64,000 bases of DNA from an uncultured delta proteobacterium (GTDB lineage Bacteria; Desulfobacterota; BSN033; UBA1163), in contig CAWHBU010000006.1 of the NCBI GenBank assembly GCA_963827685.1, positions 256,001-320,000 on the forward strand, read 5' to 3'. A program made the position numbers and the translations under genes. The notes beneath the pieces are model-generated. The model searched no databases. It was not told where the DNA came from and was given only the letters and a program-made list of their open reading frames with translations. Positions 32,696 to 42,308 of this stretch are shown here, one piece after another. Numbering within the stretch: position 1 is the stretch's first letter; each line of letters opens with the position of its first letter.

Positions 32696-34981
32696 TCAGC
32701 CGCAGTCTGAATAACCACAGTAACACTTCACACAGCCCTCTTCGAAGATAAGAGGGCCTCCACATTCGGGACATGCCCCTCTTTGAAAGACCATGCCTAA
32801 GCTTCGTTGAAAAGACCCCCCTTCTTCTTGGAGAGGATGTTTTGGAATGGACATTCTCATTTCAGGCTCGGTCTTTATTCTCCCTTCCTTTTCTTGAAGG
32901 TGCCATTCGATGGCCTTGGCTACGGCATCAGAGCAAGAGAGAACCTTTCCTTCACGGTACCAGACCGGCGTATGACAGCTGATGCCTTTCAGCTGTCGAA
33001 TGATATCTTCGGGTTCAATTCCCGATCGAAAAGCCAGAGAGACCAGGCGGCCGATTGCCTCGGATTGAGAGGCGACACAACCTCCCGCCTTCCCTATCTG
33101 ATTAAAGATCTCGAAAAGCCTTCCCTCCTCATCTTCGTTCACCGTCACATAGAGGTTTCCGCAACCGGTGCGGATCTTTCGGGTAGAACCATGAATCACA
33201 TCCTGGCGAGCCCTCGGCTTCCTCTCCTCCTCGCGAAACTCCTCTTCCTCCTTCAATCGATCCCTGCTCACGGAATCCATTCCTTTATAGAGGACTTGTT
33301 TGGTTCGGCTCCTGTCCCGGTAGATGGTCACTCCCTTACAATCCAGTTCGTAAGCCAATTTATAGACCTTGGCCACATCACCGACGGTCGCCTCGTGAGG
33401 AAAATTGACGGTTTTCGAAACAGCGTTGTCTGTATATTTTTGAAAAGCTGCCTGCATCCGGATATGATCCTCAGGGGTGATATCATGGGCCGTCACAAAG
33501 AGTTTCCGGATGTTCTCTGGAACTTCTTTAACATGCTGGATATTCCCGCTGTAAGCGATCTTCCTCATCAGTTCTTCTGAATAGAACCCTTCCTGCTTTG
33601 CCAAGGCCTCAAAGTACGGATTGGCTTCTAAAAGTTCCTTGCCTTCCAAGACATGGCGGATAAAGGCCAGAGCAAAGAGGGGTTCGATCCCCGAGGAGGT
33701 CCCTGCAATAATGGAAATGGTCCCGGCAGGAGCAATGGTCGTGACCGTCGCATTTCTCATCGCATCCCAGCGGCCCTTCAAGGTGCTTCCATCGAAATTG
33801 GGAAAAGACCCTCTCTTCAGAGCCAACTCTTTGGAGGCTTCTCTCGCCCTCTTCTGAATAAAGGCCATTACCTTTCCCCCGATCTCTAAAGCCTTCGGGC
33901 TGTTGTAAGGAATTCCTAACAGAATGAGAAGATCAGCAAATCCCATCACGCCCAGACCGATCTTTCGATTCGCCTTGGTCATCGCTTCAATCTGGGGAAG
34001 CGTATAGCGATTCATATCGATCACATTATCTAAAAAATGGACCGCCTTTTCAGTCGCCGAACCCAGTCTTTCCCAATCGATGGCTCCATTCCTGACCATA
34101 TTGGAAAGATTGATGGAACCAAGGTTGCAGGATTCGTAAGGGAGGAGAGGTTGTTCCCCACAAGGATTGGTGCTCTCGATCTGTCCGACGTGAGGAGTGG
34201 GGTTGTCCTGATTGATCCGATCGATAAAGATGATGCCTGGATCCCCGTTCTTCCAGGCATAATGGACCATCTTCTCAAAAACTTCACGGGCATCGAGAGT
34301 GCCGATGATTTCTTTGGTCCTTGGATTCCGAAGAGTGTACTCCTTCCCTTCTTCCACGGCCTCCATGAATTCATTGGTAGCCGCCACCGAGATATTGAAA
34401 TTGTTGAAGTGATGGTCCCCCTCTTTGCATTGGATGAAATGAAGAATATCAGGGTGGTCCACGCGGAGGATACCCATATTCGCTCCCCTTCGCGTCCCTC
34501 CTTGCTTGATCGTCTCCGTGGCTGTATCAAAAACACTCATGAAAGAGACAGGACCGCTTGAAACTCCCTGGGTGGAACCCACGACATCATTTTTTGGCCT
34601 AATCCGAGAGAAAGAGAAACCTGTCCCGCCCCCGCTTTTTTGAATCAAGGCCATCTGTTTCACGGCATCAAAAATCTCATCCATAGAATCTCCCACAGGG
34701 AGAACAAAACAGGCGGAGAGTTGTTGAAGCTCTCTCCCTGCATTCATCAACGTTGGAGAATTGGGAAGGAAGTCCAAGGACGCCATCAAAGAATAGAATT
34801 CGTCTTCAATGGGAGGGAGATCGATCTCGGGATGATAGAACCGGTCCGCTTGAGCAATATTCTTTGCCACGCGTCGAAAAAGCTCTTCGGGGGTCTCCAC
34901 AATATTTCCCTGCGGGTCTTTTTGTAAGTAACGCTTCTTCAGTACGGTCATGGCATTTTGCGTCAGTTGGGCCAACTCCAT
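32696..34981 (-). CDS. nrdJ: Class II (B12-dependent) ribonucleotide reductase
   Basis: NSPTLMNAG, LSACFV, TNPCGEQPL, TIAPAG, C-terminal TSCPD-like and Cys-rich domains; GGAGGAGG RBS before ATG 34981. Confidence 0.95.
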   Translation of the reverse strand: MELAQLTQNAMTVLKKRYLQKDPQGNIVETPEELFRRVAKNIAQADRFYHPEIDLPPIEDEFYSLMASLDFLPNSPTLMNAGRELQQLSACFVLPVGDSMDEIFDAVKQMALIQKSGGGTGFSFSRIRPKNDVVGSTQGVSSGPVSFMSVFDTATETIKQGGTRRGANMGILRVDHPDILHFIQCKEGDHHFNNFNISVAATNEFMEAVEEGKEYTLRNPRTKEIIGTLDAREVFEKMVHYAWKNGDPGIIFIDRINQDNPTPHVGQIESTNPCGEQPLLPYESCNLGSINLSNMVRNGAIDWERLGSATEKAVHFLDNVIDMNRYTLPQIEAMTKANRKIGLGVMGFADLLILLGIPYNSPKALEIGGKVMAFIQKRAREASKELALKRGSFPNFDGSTLKGRWDAMRNATVTTIAPAGTISIIAGTSSGIEPLFALAFIRHVLEGKELLEANPYFEALAKQEGFYSEELMRKIAYSGNIQHVKEVPENIRKLFVTAHDITPEDHIRMQAAFQKYTDNAVSKTVNFPHEATVGDVAKVYKLAYELDCKGVTIYRDRSRTKQVLYKGMDSVSRDRLKEEEEFREEERKPRARQDVIHGSTRKIRTGCGNLYVTVNEDEEGRLFEIFNQIGKAGGCVASQSEAIGRLVSLAFRSGIEPEDIIRQLKGISCHTPVWYREGKVLSCSDAVAKAIEWHLQEKEGRIKTEPEMRMSIPKHPLQEEGGSFQRSLGMVFQRGACPECGGPLIFEEGCVKCYCGYSDCG

Positions 34982-34994
34982 CTTCTTTCCTCCT

Positions 34995-35047
34995 CCACTA
35001 AATATACGCAATAGTAGAATTCTTACCACAATATTTTGTGTTGTCAA
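34995..35047 (-). promoter_or_regulatory. Tandem NrdR boxes overlapping a sigma-70 promoter of nrdJ
   Basis: CACAATATTTTGTG (35027) and weaker CACTAAATATACGC (34996), 31 bp apart; TTGACA at 35042-35047. Confidence 0.75.
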
Positions 35048-35249
35048 GGGAAATTTTTTAAGAGCTCTGGAGAACTACTCCAAGCTCTCTTGATTACGCA
35101 GATTTTAAAAAATGATTGAACAGATTTTCTCTCTTCTCAATGCCTGATCTGAAAGATCTTCGGCCATCACAAAGCGCGAATGAACAACATCTTTTTTCCC
35201 TTATCCAAAGGTGAAAGGGATAAAAGTGGGAACAATAAAAATCGTGTGA

Positions 35250-36272
35250 TCAGGAAGCTCCAATTCGACGGCGATAGGCATCGGTGTGATAGACTTCAGG
35301 GTTTACGGTGTTAGGAGCTTTTTCCTTTTTCAACATAGCGAGGGCATTGGCAGCGGCCATGGTGGCCATTTTATTCCGGGTTTCTCGGGAGGCACTTCCC
35401 AGATGGGGAAGGAGGACCACATTCTCACATTCCATCAGCCCTGGAGCTAATTCCGGCTCGTTTTCATAAACATCCAACCCCGCGCCGGCAATCCTCTTCT
35501 CCCTGAGAGCCTTCACCAGAGCTTTTTCATCAACGATCGGACCCCTCGACGCGTTGATGAGGTAAGCGGCTGGTTTCATCATGGAGAATTCCCTCTCACC
35601 AATCAGATGACGGTTTTTTTCAGAAAGCGAGGGGTGAAGGGTAATAAAATCACTTTCTCTCAAAAGGTCGGGTAATGCTCGATATTCTACGCCTTCTGTT
35701 TTTTCAATGGTTTCTTTCTGGAAAGGATCATAAGCCAGAACCCGCATATCAAAGCCTTTCGAGCGTTTAAAGACGGCCTGCCCGATTCGTCCGAATCCAA
35801 TGATGCCCAAGGTCTTCGGCTTTCCACTCCCTCCAGCGCTCACATCCATCCCAAGAAGAAGTTTTGGCCTCCAGATTTTAAAACGTCCCTCTTTCACATA
35901 TTGATGTCCCTGGACAATGTTTCGCGCCACAGACATGATCAACGCCCATGTCAGATCTGCTGTGGTATCGGTTAAAACTCCTGGCGTATTGGTGACAGGA
36001 ATGCCCAATTGGGTGGCTGTCTCCACACCGATATTATTGTATCCTACAGCGTAATCGGCAATGCCAAGGAGTTTGGGGTTAGCTTCCATGACGGCGCGAT
36101 CGATCTCTTCCGTAAGAAGACAGAGAAGAACATCCGCCTTCTTGATCCCATCAATGATCTCTTTTTTCGATGGTGCTTCATCTTCGGGACCGGGCCAGAC
36201 TTCCACCTCTGCCTCTTTTCTTAGCAGAGCCAGTCCTGCTTCTGGAATCAAACGGGTAACGAAAACATGCAT
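35250..36272 (-). CDS. D-glycerate dehydrogenase/glyoxylate reductase
   Basis: VTNTPGVLT, GFGRIG, INASRG, LDVYENEP, PHLGSA. Confidence 0.93.
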   Translation of the reverse strand: MHVFVTRLIPEAGLALLRKEAEVEVWPGPEDEAPSKKEIIDGIKKADVLLCLLTEEIDRAVMEANPKLLGIADYAVGYNNIGVETATQLGIPVTNTPGVLTDTTADLTWALIMSVARNIVQGHQYVKEGRFKIWRPKLLLGMDVSAGGSGKPKTLGIIGFGRIGQAVFKRSKGFDMRVLAYDPFQKETIEKTEGVEYRALPDLLRESDFITLHPSLSEKNRHLIGEREFSMMKPAAYLINASRGPIVDEKALVKALREKRIAGAGLDVYENEPELAPGLMECENVVLLPHLGSASRETRNKMATMAAANALAMLKKEKAPNTVNPEVYHTDAYRRRIGAS

Positions 36273-36351
36273 GCCTTTTGCCTCCAAATCCTCCTGGGTG
36301 GAGTTAACGCTCATGAATTTTACGAATAAAGGGGCTTAATTAAATCATGTA

Positions 36352-36507
36352 TCAATAACCAAATTCCAAGCACCAATAATCAAATAATTATCAAGACACC
36401 AATGACCTAAACTTTAAAAATAAGACTGATCAATGTGCGTTTGGGTTATTTGAATATTGATAATTGGAATTTATTTGAAATTTGAAATTTGGGATTTGGT
36501 ATTTGGG
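36352..36507. repeat. AT-rich imperfect palindrome of heptamer units
   Basis: CCAAATT/CCAATAA arm facing TTTGAAA/TTTGGGA/TTTGGTA arm. Confidence 0.75.
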
Positions 36508-36543
36508 AGTCAATTTATTATACCACCTCTCCTGGCCTCACCA

Positions 36544-38130
36544 TTAAGACTTTGGTTTGCGGTTAGAAACGAACCCCTTCACTTTCCAAAATAGACTCGA
36601 AAGATCACAGAGCCTCCTTCCCCAGAAAGGGGTTGACGATTTTCTGGCCTCTGGATGGATAAAGCAAAAATGGCGGCATCTGATCTTCTGCAATGCCTCT
36701 TCAAATTCCTTCTCGTCTTTCTCCTCCTCGAAATAATCTGGAATCCAATATCCTAAAGAAGAGAAAGCATTCTTGTCTCCAGAATGGTAATGGTAAAAAT
36801 CCATAAAATCATGAAGTGAGGTTTTCACACCATATTCCTCGGGATCAAGATGCCAGGGCGAGCCCGGTTCCATCTCGATGGTAAAAGTGCGAATCCCTTT
36901 CACATTGGAATACCGCCGTCGGATCATCTTTTGGAGTTGAATCGTCTGTTGAACATCTGCTTCCTTCTCAAAGGGCACCCCGAGAGTGAAGAAAAGGTCG
37001 CAGAAGACTCCGTTGGCTTTCATCTGGTCAAGAGTCTTCATCAGAGCATGATTGGAATAGGCATATCCTTTATGAATTTTTCTTCTTCGTTCTGACCCGA
37101 CTTCAGGAGAAAGAGCAATCAATGATTTGGGTCCGGGAAAGGTTGCTTTAAAAGACTTGATAAAATTGATGGTGGGGAGTCCAAAAGATTCGAAGAAACA
37201 TTCCATTCGGATCTTTTCCTCGCGGATGCGGGAGAAAAGATCGAGGAAATATTGAGGCCTCTGGGGATAAGGATCGAAGCAGATATGGAATGTCTCATAA
37301 CCAAAAGAGACGGCTTCTTTAATGGATTGAAGAACACGCTCCACGCTTCGATAGGTCACTTCTTTTCTGCCCGTGATGGTCTCCAGAGAGGAACGACCGC
37401 CGCCGCACCAGGTACATTGAACAGGACATCCTCTCCCTACGGTGAGATGATAGATGGGCGACTTGAGAGAATACATCCAGAAATTCTTCTCCTTGGAAAC
37501 TCCCTTGACATAGAAGGGTTGACCGATATAACGGATGTAGGTGGAATGATTCTTCAATAAAGGGAAGTTCGTGAAGGAGATGTTATTTAACTCTTTCTCC
37601 GAGGCGATGTAGGAAAGAGGATTGATAAGAATTCTCCCTTTCCTTCTCCAGGTGAGATTGGGGATGGAAAAAAGATCTCCCTTCCCTTGCGAGAGTGCGT
37701 TCGCCAATTCCAAAATGGGAACCTCTGCCTCACCGCGAATGATTCCATCGACCCCGTCGAAGTTCTTCATGATCTCTTCATGAAAGAAACTGGCGGTATA
37801 GCCCCCGAGAAGAACGTAAACGGAAGGAAAGGCAGCTTTCACCTTTTTGACTACTTCCATGACATCGTAGCTCTGATGGTGCCAGTGGAGGTCGAGGGCA
37901 ACGATCCGGGGGGCCTTTTCTCTGATATATTCGATGACAGAAAAATGGTGATCTTCAATCCACTCCACTCCCGTGTGTACCACTTCCGTGGAAACGCCAT
38001 GACGTTGGAGAAGGTCGGCCAATCCAAGAAGCCCCATGGGCAGGAAGTTAATCCAGATAAAATGATTGATCGGCCGGTAATAGTTGGTCAGCTTGGGGAC
38101 ATGGAGAAAAATAAAGTCGAGTCTTCCCAT
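36544..38130 (-). CDS. B12-binding domain radical SAM protein
   Basis: PMGLLGLA, GGYTAS, RGEAE, GRGCPVQCTWC. Confidence 0.9.
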   Translation of the reverse strand: MGRLDFIFLHVPKLTNYYRPINHFIWINFLPMGLLGLADLLQRHGVSTEVVHTGVEWIEDHHFSVIEYIREKAPRIVALDLHWHHQSYDVMEVVKKVKAAFPSVYVLLGGYTASFFHEEIMKNFDGVDGIIRGEAEVPILELANALSQGKGDLFSIPNLTWRRKGRILINPLSYIASEKELNNISFTNFPLLKNHSTYIRYIGQPFYVKGVSKEKNFWMYSLKSPIYHLTVGRGCPVQCTWCGGGRSSLETITGRKEVTYRSVERVLQSIKEAVSFGYETFHICFDPYPQRPQYFLDLFSRIREEKIRMECFFESFGLPTINFIKSFKATFPGPKSLIALSPEVGSERRRKIHKGYAYSNHALMKTLDQMKANGVFCDLFFTLGVPFEKEADVQQTIQLQKMIRRRYSNVKGIRTFTIEMEPGSPWHLDPEEYGVKTSLHDFMDFYHYHSGDKNAFSSLGYWIPDYFEEEKDEKEFEEALQKIRCRHFCFIHPEARKSSTPFWGRRLCDLSSLFWKVKGFVSNRKPKS

Positions 38131-38267
38131 CCAGGGAATTGTAAGATGCTCACACGTAATATTTCAACTTCATCCCAAAAATTGGCAAAAGGTATAACGT
38201 CCGCCTGCCGCAGGCAGGAATTTGAAATCTCTAATCTCGGATTTTTGCCCCTATCCCCTTCGCTTTA

Positions 38268-38579
38268 CCCTAATGTTGCATTGAAAAGGCGGTTGGGTGT
38301 ACTTCCAAACTTTTACTAAGCGGTTCTTTACTATTGTTTATGGATAACATGCGATATCACCTAAGGTGGCTTCTGTAACGTGCTCGGAAACATCGTAGTA
38401 AAACACTATAAGGTCCCGCCCTGCCTTCGCCGGAGCGGCTTCGCGCAGGCAGGTGTAAAGATTTGGAGAATCCCCACCATTAGGTGGGGATTCTCCCGGA
38501 AAGGTAAGATTCTTTTGTATCATCTGACGGCCCAGCACGCTCAACCGCCTTTTTAAAACGTCTTTATGCAACGGTAAGG
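38268..38579. mobile_element. Non-autonomous IS derivative (possibly IS1634-like)
   Basis: TIRs CCCTAATGTTGCAT / ATGCAACGGTAAGG; TTTA on both flanks; internal RDLIVFYYDVS peptide; two nested palindromes. Confidence 0.65.
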
Positions 38580-38580
38580 T

Positions 38581-40086
38581 TTATTCTCGATGCAGCTTTT
38601 TAAGGATGATTCTGGCGGCAATGAAGCCCGAAAGACTTGCGCCCACAATGCCGTGAGAGGGTCGGGTATAGTGGCCGACTTGAAAGAGGCCCGGGATAGG
38701 GGTTTGATGGGGAGGTCTTAAATTCCCGACCTGCTGTGGTGTGGAAGCCAAGCCGTACATCGCACCCATTTCATTTCCAGTATATCGCTCTAAGGTCAGC
38801 GGGGTGGCGGCTTCATAAAAGAGGAGATGGTCTCTCAGACCGGGGATTAACTTTGCTTCCAATTGGTGGAGGACTTTCTGGGAAAATTCTTCTTTAATAT
38901 GGCGATACTTTTCAAGATCCCCTCCTCCCCATTTCCCTTGATAATGATAAGGGACATTGATCAGAACACTCAAAATGTGTTGTCCAAGAGGAGCCAACGA
39001 AGGATCCAACGTCGTAGGGATGGATACCATCATGGTCGGGTTCTGGGGAATTTCACCCCTTCTCAATATCCGATCCTCTTCCTCTAAATCGGATAGAAAA
39101 CGGAGATAAGTAAAATAGGGAAGGCCCATTCTTTTGAGATCCAAATCGGTGGCGACATAGAGGATAAAGCAGGAGAGGGAATATTCGAGGCGGCTCCACT
39201 TTTTCGCAAAAAGTTTTCGAAATTCAAAGGGAAGCATTTTGACTGAAACATTCGGATTGATATTGGAGATGACCAATGGGGCTTGAAATATTTCTCCATT
39301 CTTTGTCAGCACCCCTTCGACCCTGCCATCTTTGATCAGAATTTGATGCGCCTCTGTTTGAAGATGAATCTCCCCGCCGGAACGAAGAAAAGCATTGGCC
39401 ATGCCTCCTGAAATTTTTCCCATTCCACCCTTTGGATAAGAAACACCTTCTATCAAGGCTTTATTGATCATGACGGCGAGGAAGAGAAAAGAAAGTCTCG
39501 AAGGAGGCTCAGTGACCGGAAGAGAATGGAGAGCCATCTTGATCTCCCCTCCTCTGAAAAGGTTGTCTAAAATCGTCTGGTGACTGGATCGATGAAACCG
39601 AACCAGATTTCGGAAATAGAAGGGGAAGAAGATCCTCTGGATCGTCGTTATCTCTGAGTATGATTTTATTTCTTCTCCAATTCGTTTGACCATGGAGAGA
39701 TAGGTTTTCAATCCTTTCTCCTCTTGGGGAAAAAGGTCAAAGAGCGCATCGGTATAGGAATGAGATCCACCCGGATGGAGATGAACCTCAAATCCAGGAT
39801 AGATGTTTCGGACGTGATCAATAGGAATAAATTCAATTTCCTGATGTGCACCAATCTCATTAAGGATTTGATGAAATTCTCCGCCCTCGTGACATCCTCC
39901 GACAAAGGCACCTGTCGCATCGAAGGTGACCCCATGCCTTTTGAAGGAGACGACATAACCTCCCACCTGGTCCTCTTTTTCGAGGAGAAGGATCTTTAAT
40001 CCCTTCTTCGCCAAGAGGGCTGCTGCCGTCAATCCTCCCATCCCGGCTCCAATGACGATGGCATCGTATCTCTTAGCACTTCCCAT
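38581..40086 (-). CDS. Phytoene desaturase-family FAD oxidoreductase
   Basis: IGAGMGGL, YPKGGMG, ATPLTLERYTGN..GAMYG. Confidence 0.9.
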   Translation of the reverse strand: MGSAKRYDAIVIGAGMGGLTAAALLAKKGLKILLLEKEDQVGGYVVSFKRHGVTFDATGAFVGGCHEGGEFHQILNEIGAHQEIEFIPIDHVRNIYPGFEVHLHPGGSHSYTDALFDLFPQEEKGLKTYLSMVKRIGEEIKSYSEITTIQRIFFPFYFRNLVRFHRSSHQTILDNLFRGGEIKMALHSLPVTEPPSRLSFLFLAVMINKALIEGVSYPKGGMGKISGGMANAFLRSGGEIHLQTEAHQILIKDGRVEGVLTKNGEIFQAPLVISNINPNVSVKMLPFEFRKLFAKKWSRLEYSLSCFILYVATDLDLKRMGLPYFTYLRFLSDLEEEDRILRRGEIPQNPTMMVSIPTTLDPSLAPLGQHILSVLINVPYHYQGKWGGGDLEKYRHIKEEFSQKVLHQLEAKLIPGLRDHLLFYEAATPLTLERYTGNEMGAMYGLASTPQQVGNLRPPHQTPIPGLFQVGHYTRPSHGIVGASLSGFIAARIILKKLHRE

Positions 40087-40295
40087 ATTTTTCCCTCAAA
40101 AAATTAATAAGGGTTGGAATGACAAAACGCGATTCGATTATAACAGATTCATCAGAGATGTGTAACAGTTAGAACATAACTCACCAGCATTGAACTCAGC
40201 AAGTTCTTCCTGAAGTCTTCATGGGAACGTATTACATTTAGAATGCAGATTTCAACACGTAATTGATAATGCTTGCACGATGATAAGTGTGTATA

Positions 40296-40431
40296 GTGAA
40301 GCTCCCCGGCCACAGCCCGGGGCTTCCCGGGCACGCAGTGGCGAGCGGGATGCGAGCAAAGGAAATATCGTTTTAATTGTGCCCCTTAACCCCGCCTACA
40401 AGGCGGGGGTTGCGGGGCACTTGCCGGCCAA
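40296..40431. mobile_element. Two-hairpin palindromic element (IS200/IS605-like ends)
   Basis: GTGAAGCTCCCC...GGGGCTTC and CCCCGCCTACAAGGCGGGG hairpins; second copy at 58215-58324. Confidence 0.7.
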
Positions 40432-40445
40432 GTTCCTGAAATCTC

Positions 40446-40474
40446 TTGACAGCGATCGATCCTACGGCTACCAT
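40446..40474 (+). promoter_or_regulatory. Sigma-70 promoter of the TOBE gene
   Basis: TTGACA-N17-TACCAT. Confidence 0.65.
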
Positions 40475-40504
40475 TGAAATTAAATATTCTATAAAGGAGG
40501 CAGA

Positions 40505-40717
40505 ATGATGAAGATAAGCGCTCGTAATGTCCTTAAAGGGAAGGTGAAAAACGTCAAACATGGCTCAGTTAATTCAGAAGTTACGATTGAACTTCCCGGA
40601 AACGTTCAGATTGTCTCTATCATCACCAAAAAATCAGCGCAGGATCTACACCTTTCAAAAGGCAAGCAAGTGTATGCAGTGATCAAGGCTACGAATGTAA
40701 TGCTTGCCATAGACTGA
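40505..40717 (+). CDS. TOBE/Mop molybdate-tungstate binding protein
   Basis: ISARNVLKG, SIIT..SA..L.L, AVIKA. Confidence 0.93.
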   Translation: MMKISARNVLKGKVKNVKHGSVNSEVTIELPGNVQIVSIITKKSAQDLHLSKGKQVYAVIKATNVMLAID

Positions 40718-40764
40718 GAGGACAATAGGAAGAGAAAATCCATACTCAAACTGCCAAAGAGCGG

Positions 40765-40795
40765 AGGCAGGGCCAGAAACGGCTCTGCCTTTTTT
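40765..40795 (+). terminator. Rho-independent terminator
   Basis: AGGCAGGGCC-loop-GGCTCTGCCT followed by T tract. Confidence 0.75.
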
Positions 40796-41069
40796 GCTTC
40801 TGTGAAACGAACATCCTGAGACATTGACTTCCCAAAAGTCTAAAAAGGATGTATATTACAACCCATATTCCACAATTGATAGGCCTGATCAAGAGGCCAG
40901 CTAATTTTTTCAATGGTTATGCTGCGACAATTTAGCATTGCTAAGAGCAACATTATACTGCAAAAAAGCGGTATGAGGAGCCGATTGGGGATTGAAGGCA
41001 GCCTTTTAAGAGGCTGAAAGTTTTGAACTTCAGAAAAAACCTCGCCGCAACATAACGTGCAAGGAATAA

Positions 41070-41810
41070 ATGAAAAATATGAATAGAGTAGCCATCGTCA
41101 CGGGCGGCACGAAAGGTATAGGAGGTGGCATCTGCAGGAGGCTCTTGTCCGGCGGCGTAAACGTTGCTACACTCTATCACCGCGATCAGGAGGCCGCGGA
41201 CCGGCTGAAGAGTTTTGCTCAAGCAGCCGGCACGAGGGCCATTGTCGAATGCATCGATGTTCGAGATTCAGACGCACTCAAAACATTCGTCGCCTCGACT
41301 CAAAATGAGTTCGGTCGTATTGACTACTTGATAAACAACGTTGGTATTGATGTTTTCAAGCCAATCATGGACTTATCCTTTCATGAATGGAAAGAATCCC
41401 AGGACATTATTCTGAATGCTCCACTTGTTCTCTGCCGGCTTGTTGTCCCCATCATGAGACATCAGGCATTTGGCCGAATCATTAATATCGGTGCCTCCTC
41501 CAAAGACTATATGAAAGGGGCGCCGGGTCTTGCAGCTTTTGGTATTCACAAGGGCGCTCTCGCCATATTGACGAAGACGTTGGCGATAGAGGAGATAGCA
41601 AACGGCATAACCGTCAACATGGTCGCCCCTGGCAGCACCCGGAATGCGGGGACATTCTCGGAAGAGGACCGTATCCCGATAGCTTCTATTCCCCTCGGCC
41701 GCAGGGTTGAGATCGACGAGGTGGTTGAGGCTGTCATGTACTTTCTCTCGGAGAAGGCGGCGAGCGTTACGGGTCAATTCCTGGCAGTCAATGGAGGACT
41801 CAGCACGTAA
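41070..41810 (+). CDS. SDR-family oxidoreductase (FabG-like, atypical)
   Basis: TGGTKGIG, NNVG, VAPG, VNGG; YxxxK appears as FGIHK. Confidence 0.9.
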   Translation: MKNMNRVAIVTGGTKGIGGGICRRLLSGGVNVATLYHRDQEAADRLKSFAQAAGTRAIVECIDVRDSDALKTFVASTQNEFGRIDYLINNVGIDVFKPIMDLSFHEWKESQDIILNAPLVLCRLVVPIMRHQAFGRIINIGASSKDYMKGAPGLAAFGIHKGALAILTKTLAIEEIANGITVNMVAPGSTRNAGTFSEEDRIPIASIPLGRRVEIDEVVEAVMYFLSEKAASVTGQFLAVNGGLST

Positions 41811-41867
41811 CGACCCTCTCCACCGGATCGCCGATAAATCCGGCTCCCAGCGAGCAGCATGTTATAC
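41805..41867 (+). other. attC-like integron cassette site
   Basis: ACGTAAC overlapping the stop codon ... GTTATAC; central CCGGAT/ATCCGG stem; 63 bp. Confidence 0.55.
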
Positions 41868-42308
41868 TTTCTGTCAATCGAAAATCAATAACTTCTGGTG
41901 TGGGCTAATCATCACTCTTTGTGTAATCCTCAAAATTTAAACTTAATCGAACAGGAGCTGCATGCTTGAGGTCGTTAGAAGTTTCCAAAGGCAATGGTCA
42001 AACCCTCGCCCATGTTGAGGCTTTTCTTTGCAGGAAATTTTCCGCTGTTTTCATAGGTCTCATAACTGCAATCCGTCGCCTTCGAACCATAACCTCCTGT
42101 ATAGCCGATGGCCCATAAGTTCTTACTCTCATCCTCCTGTGATGGGATTGTCCTGTAGATTGCAGAAATTAAGAAAGTTTTGCAAGCATTCTTTGAAGAC
42201 TATGAGAGGCGACACCAGATTAATACATGTAAGGTGTCTGAGATTTTACAAGATACCCAAATTCATGTCGATTTGGACGCCAACATTGTCAAAAATGAGT
42301 AGTGTAAT

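Noticed and set aside
34982-35250. Cobalamin riboswitch upstream of nrdJ, and the ORF-track start at 35047
   Set aside because: No B12-box seen; the extension overlaps the promoter and NrdR boxes, and the RBS supports ATG 34981
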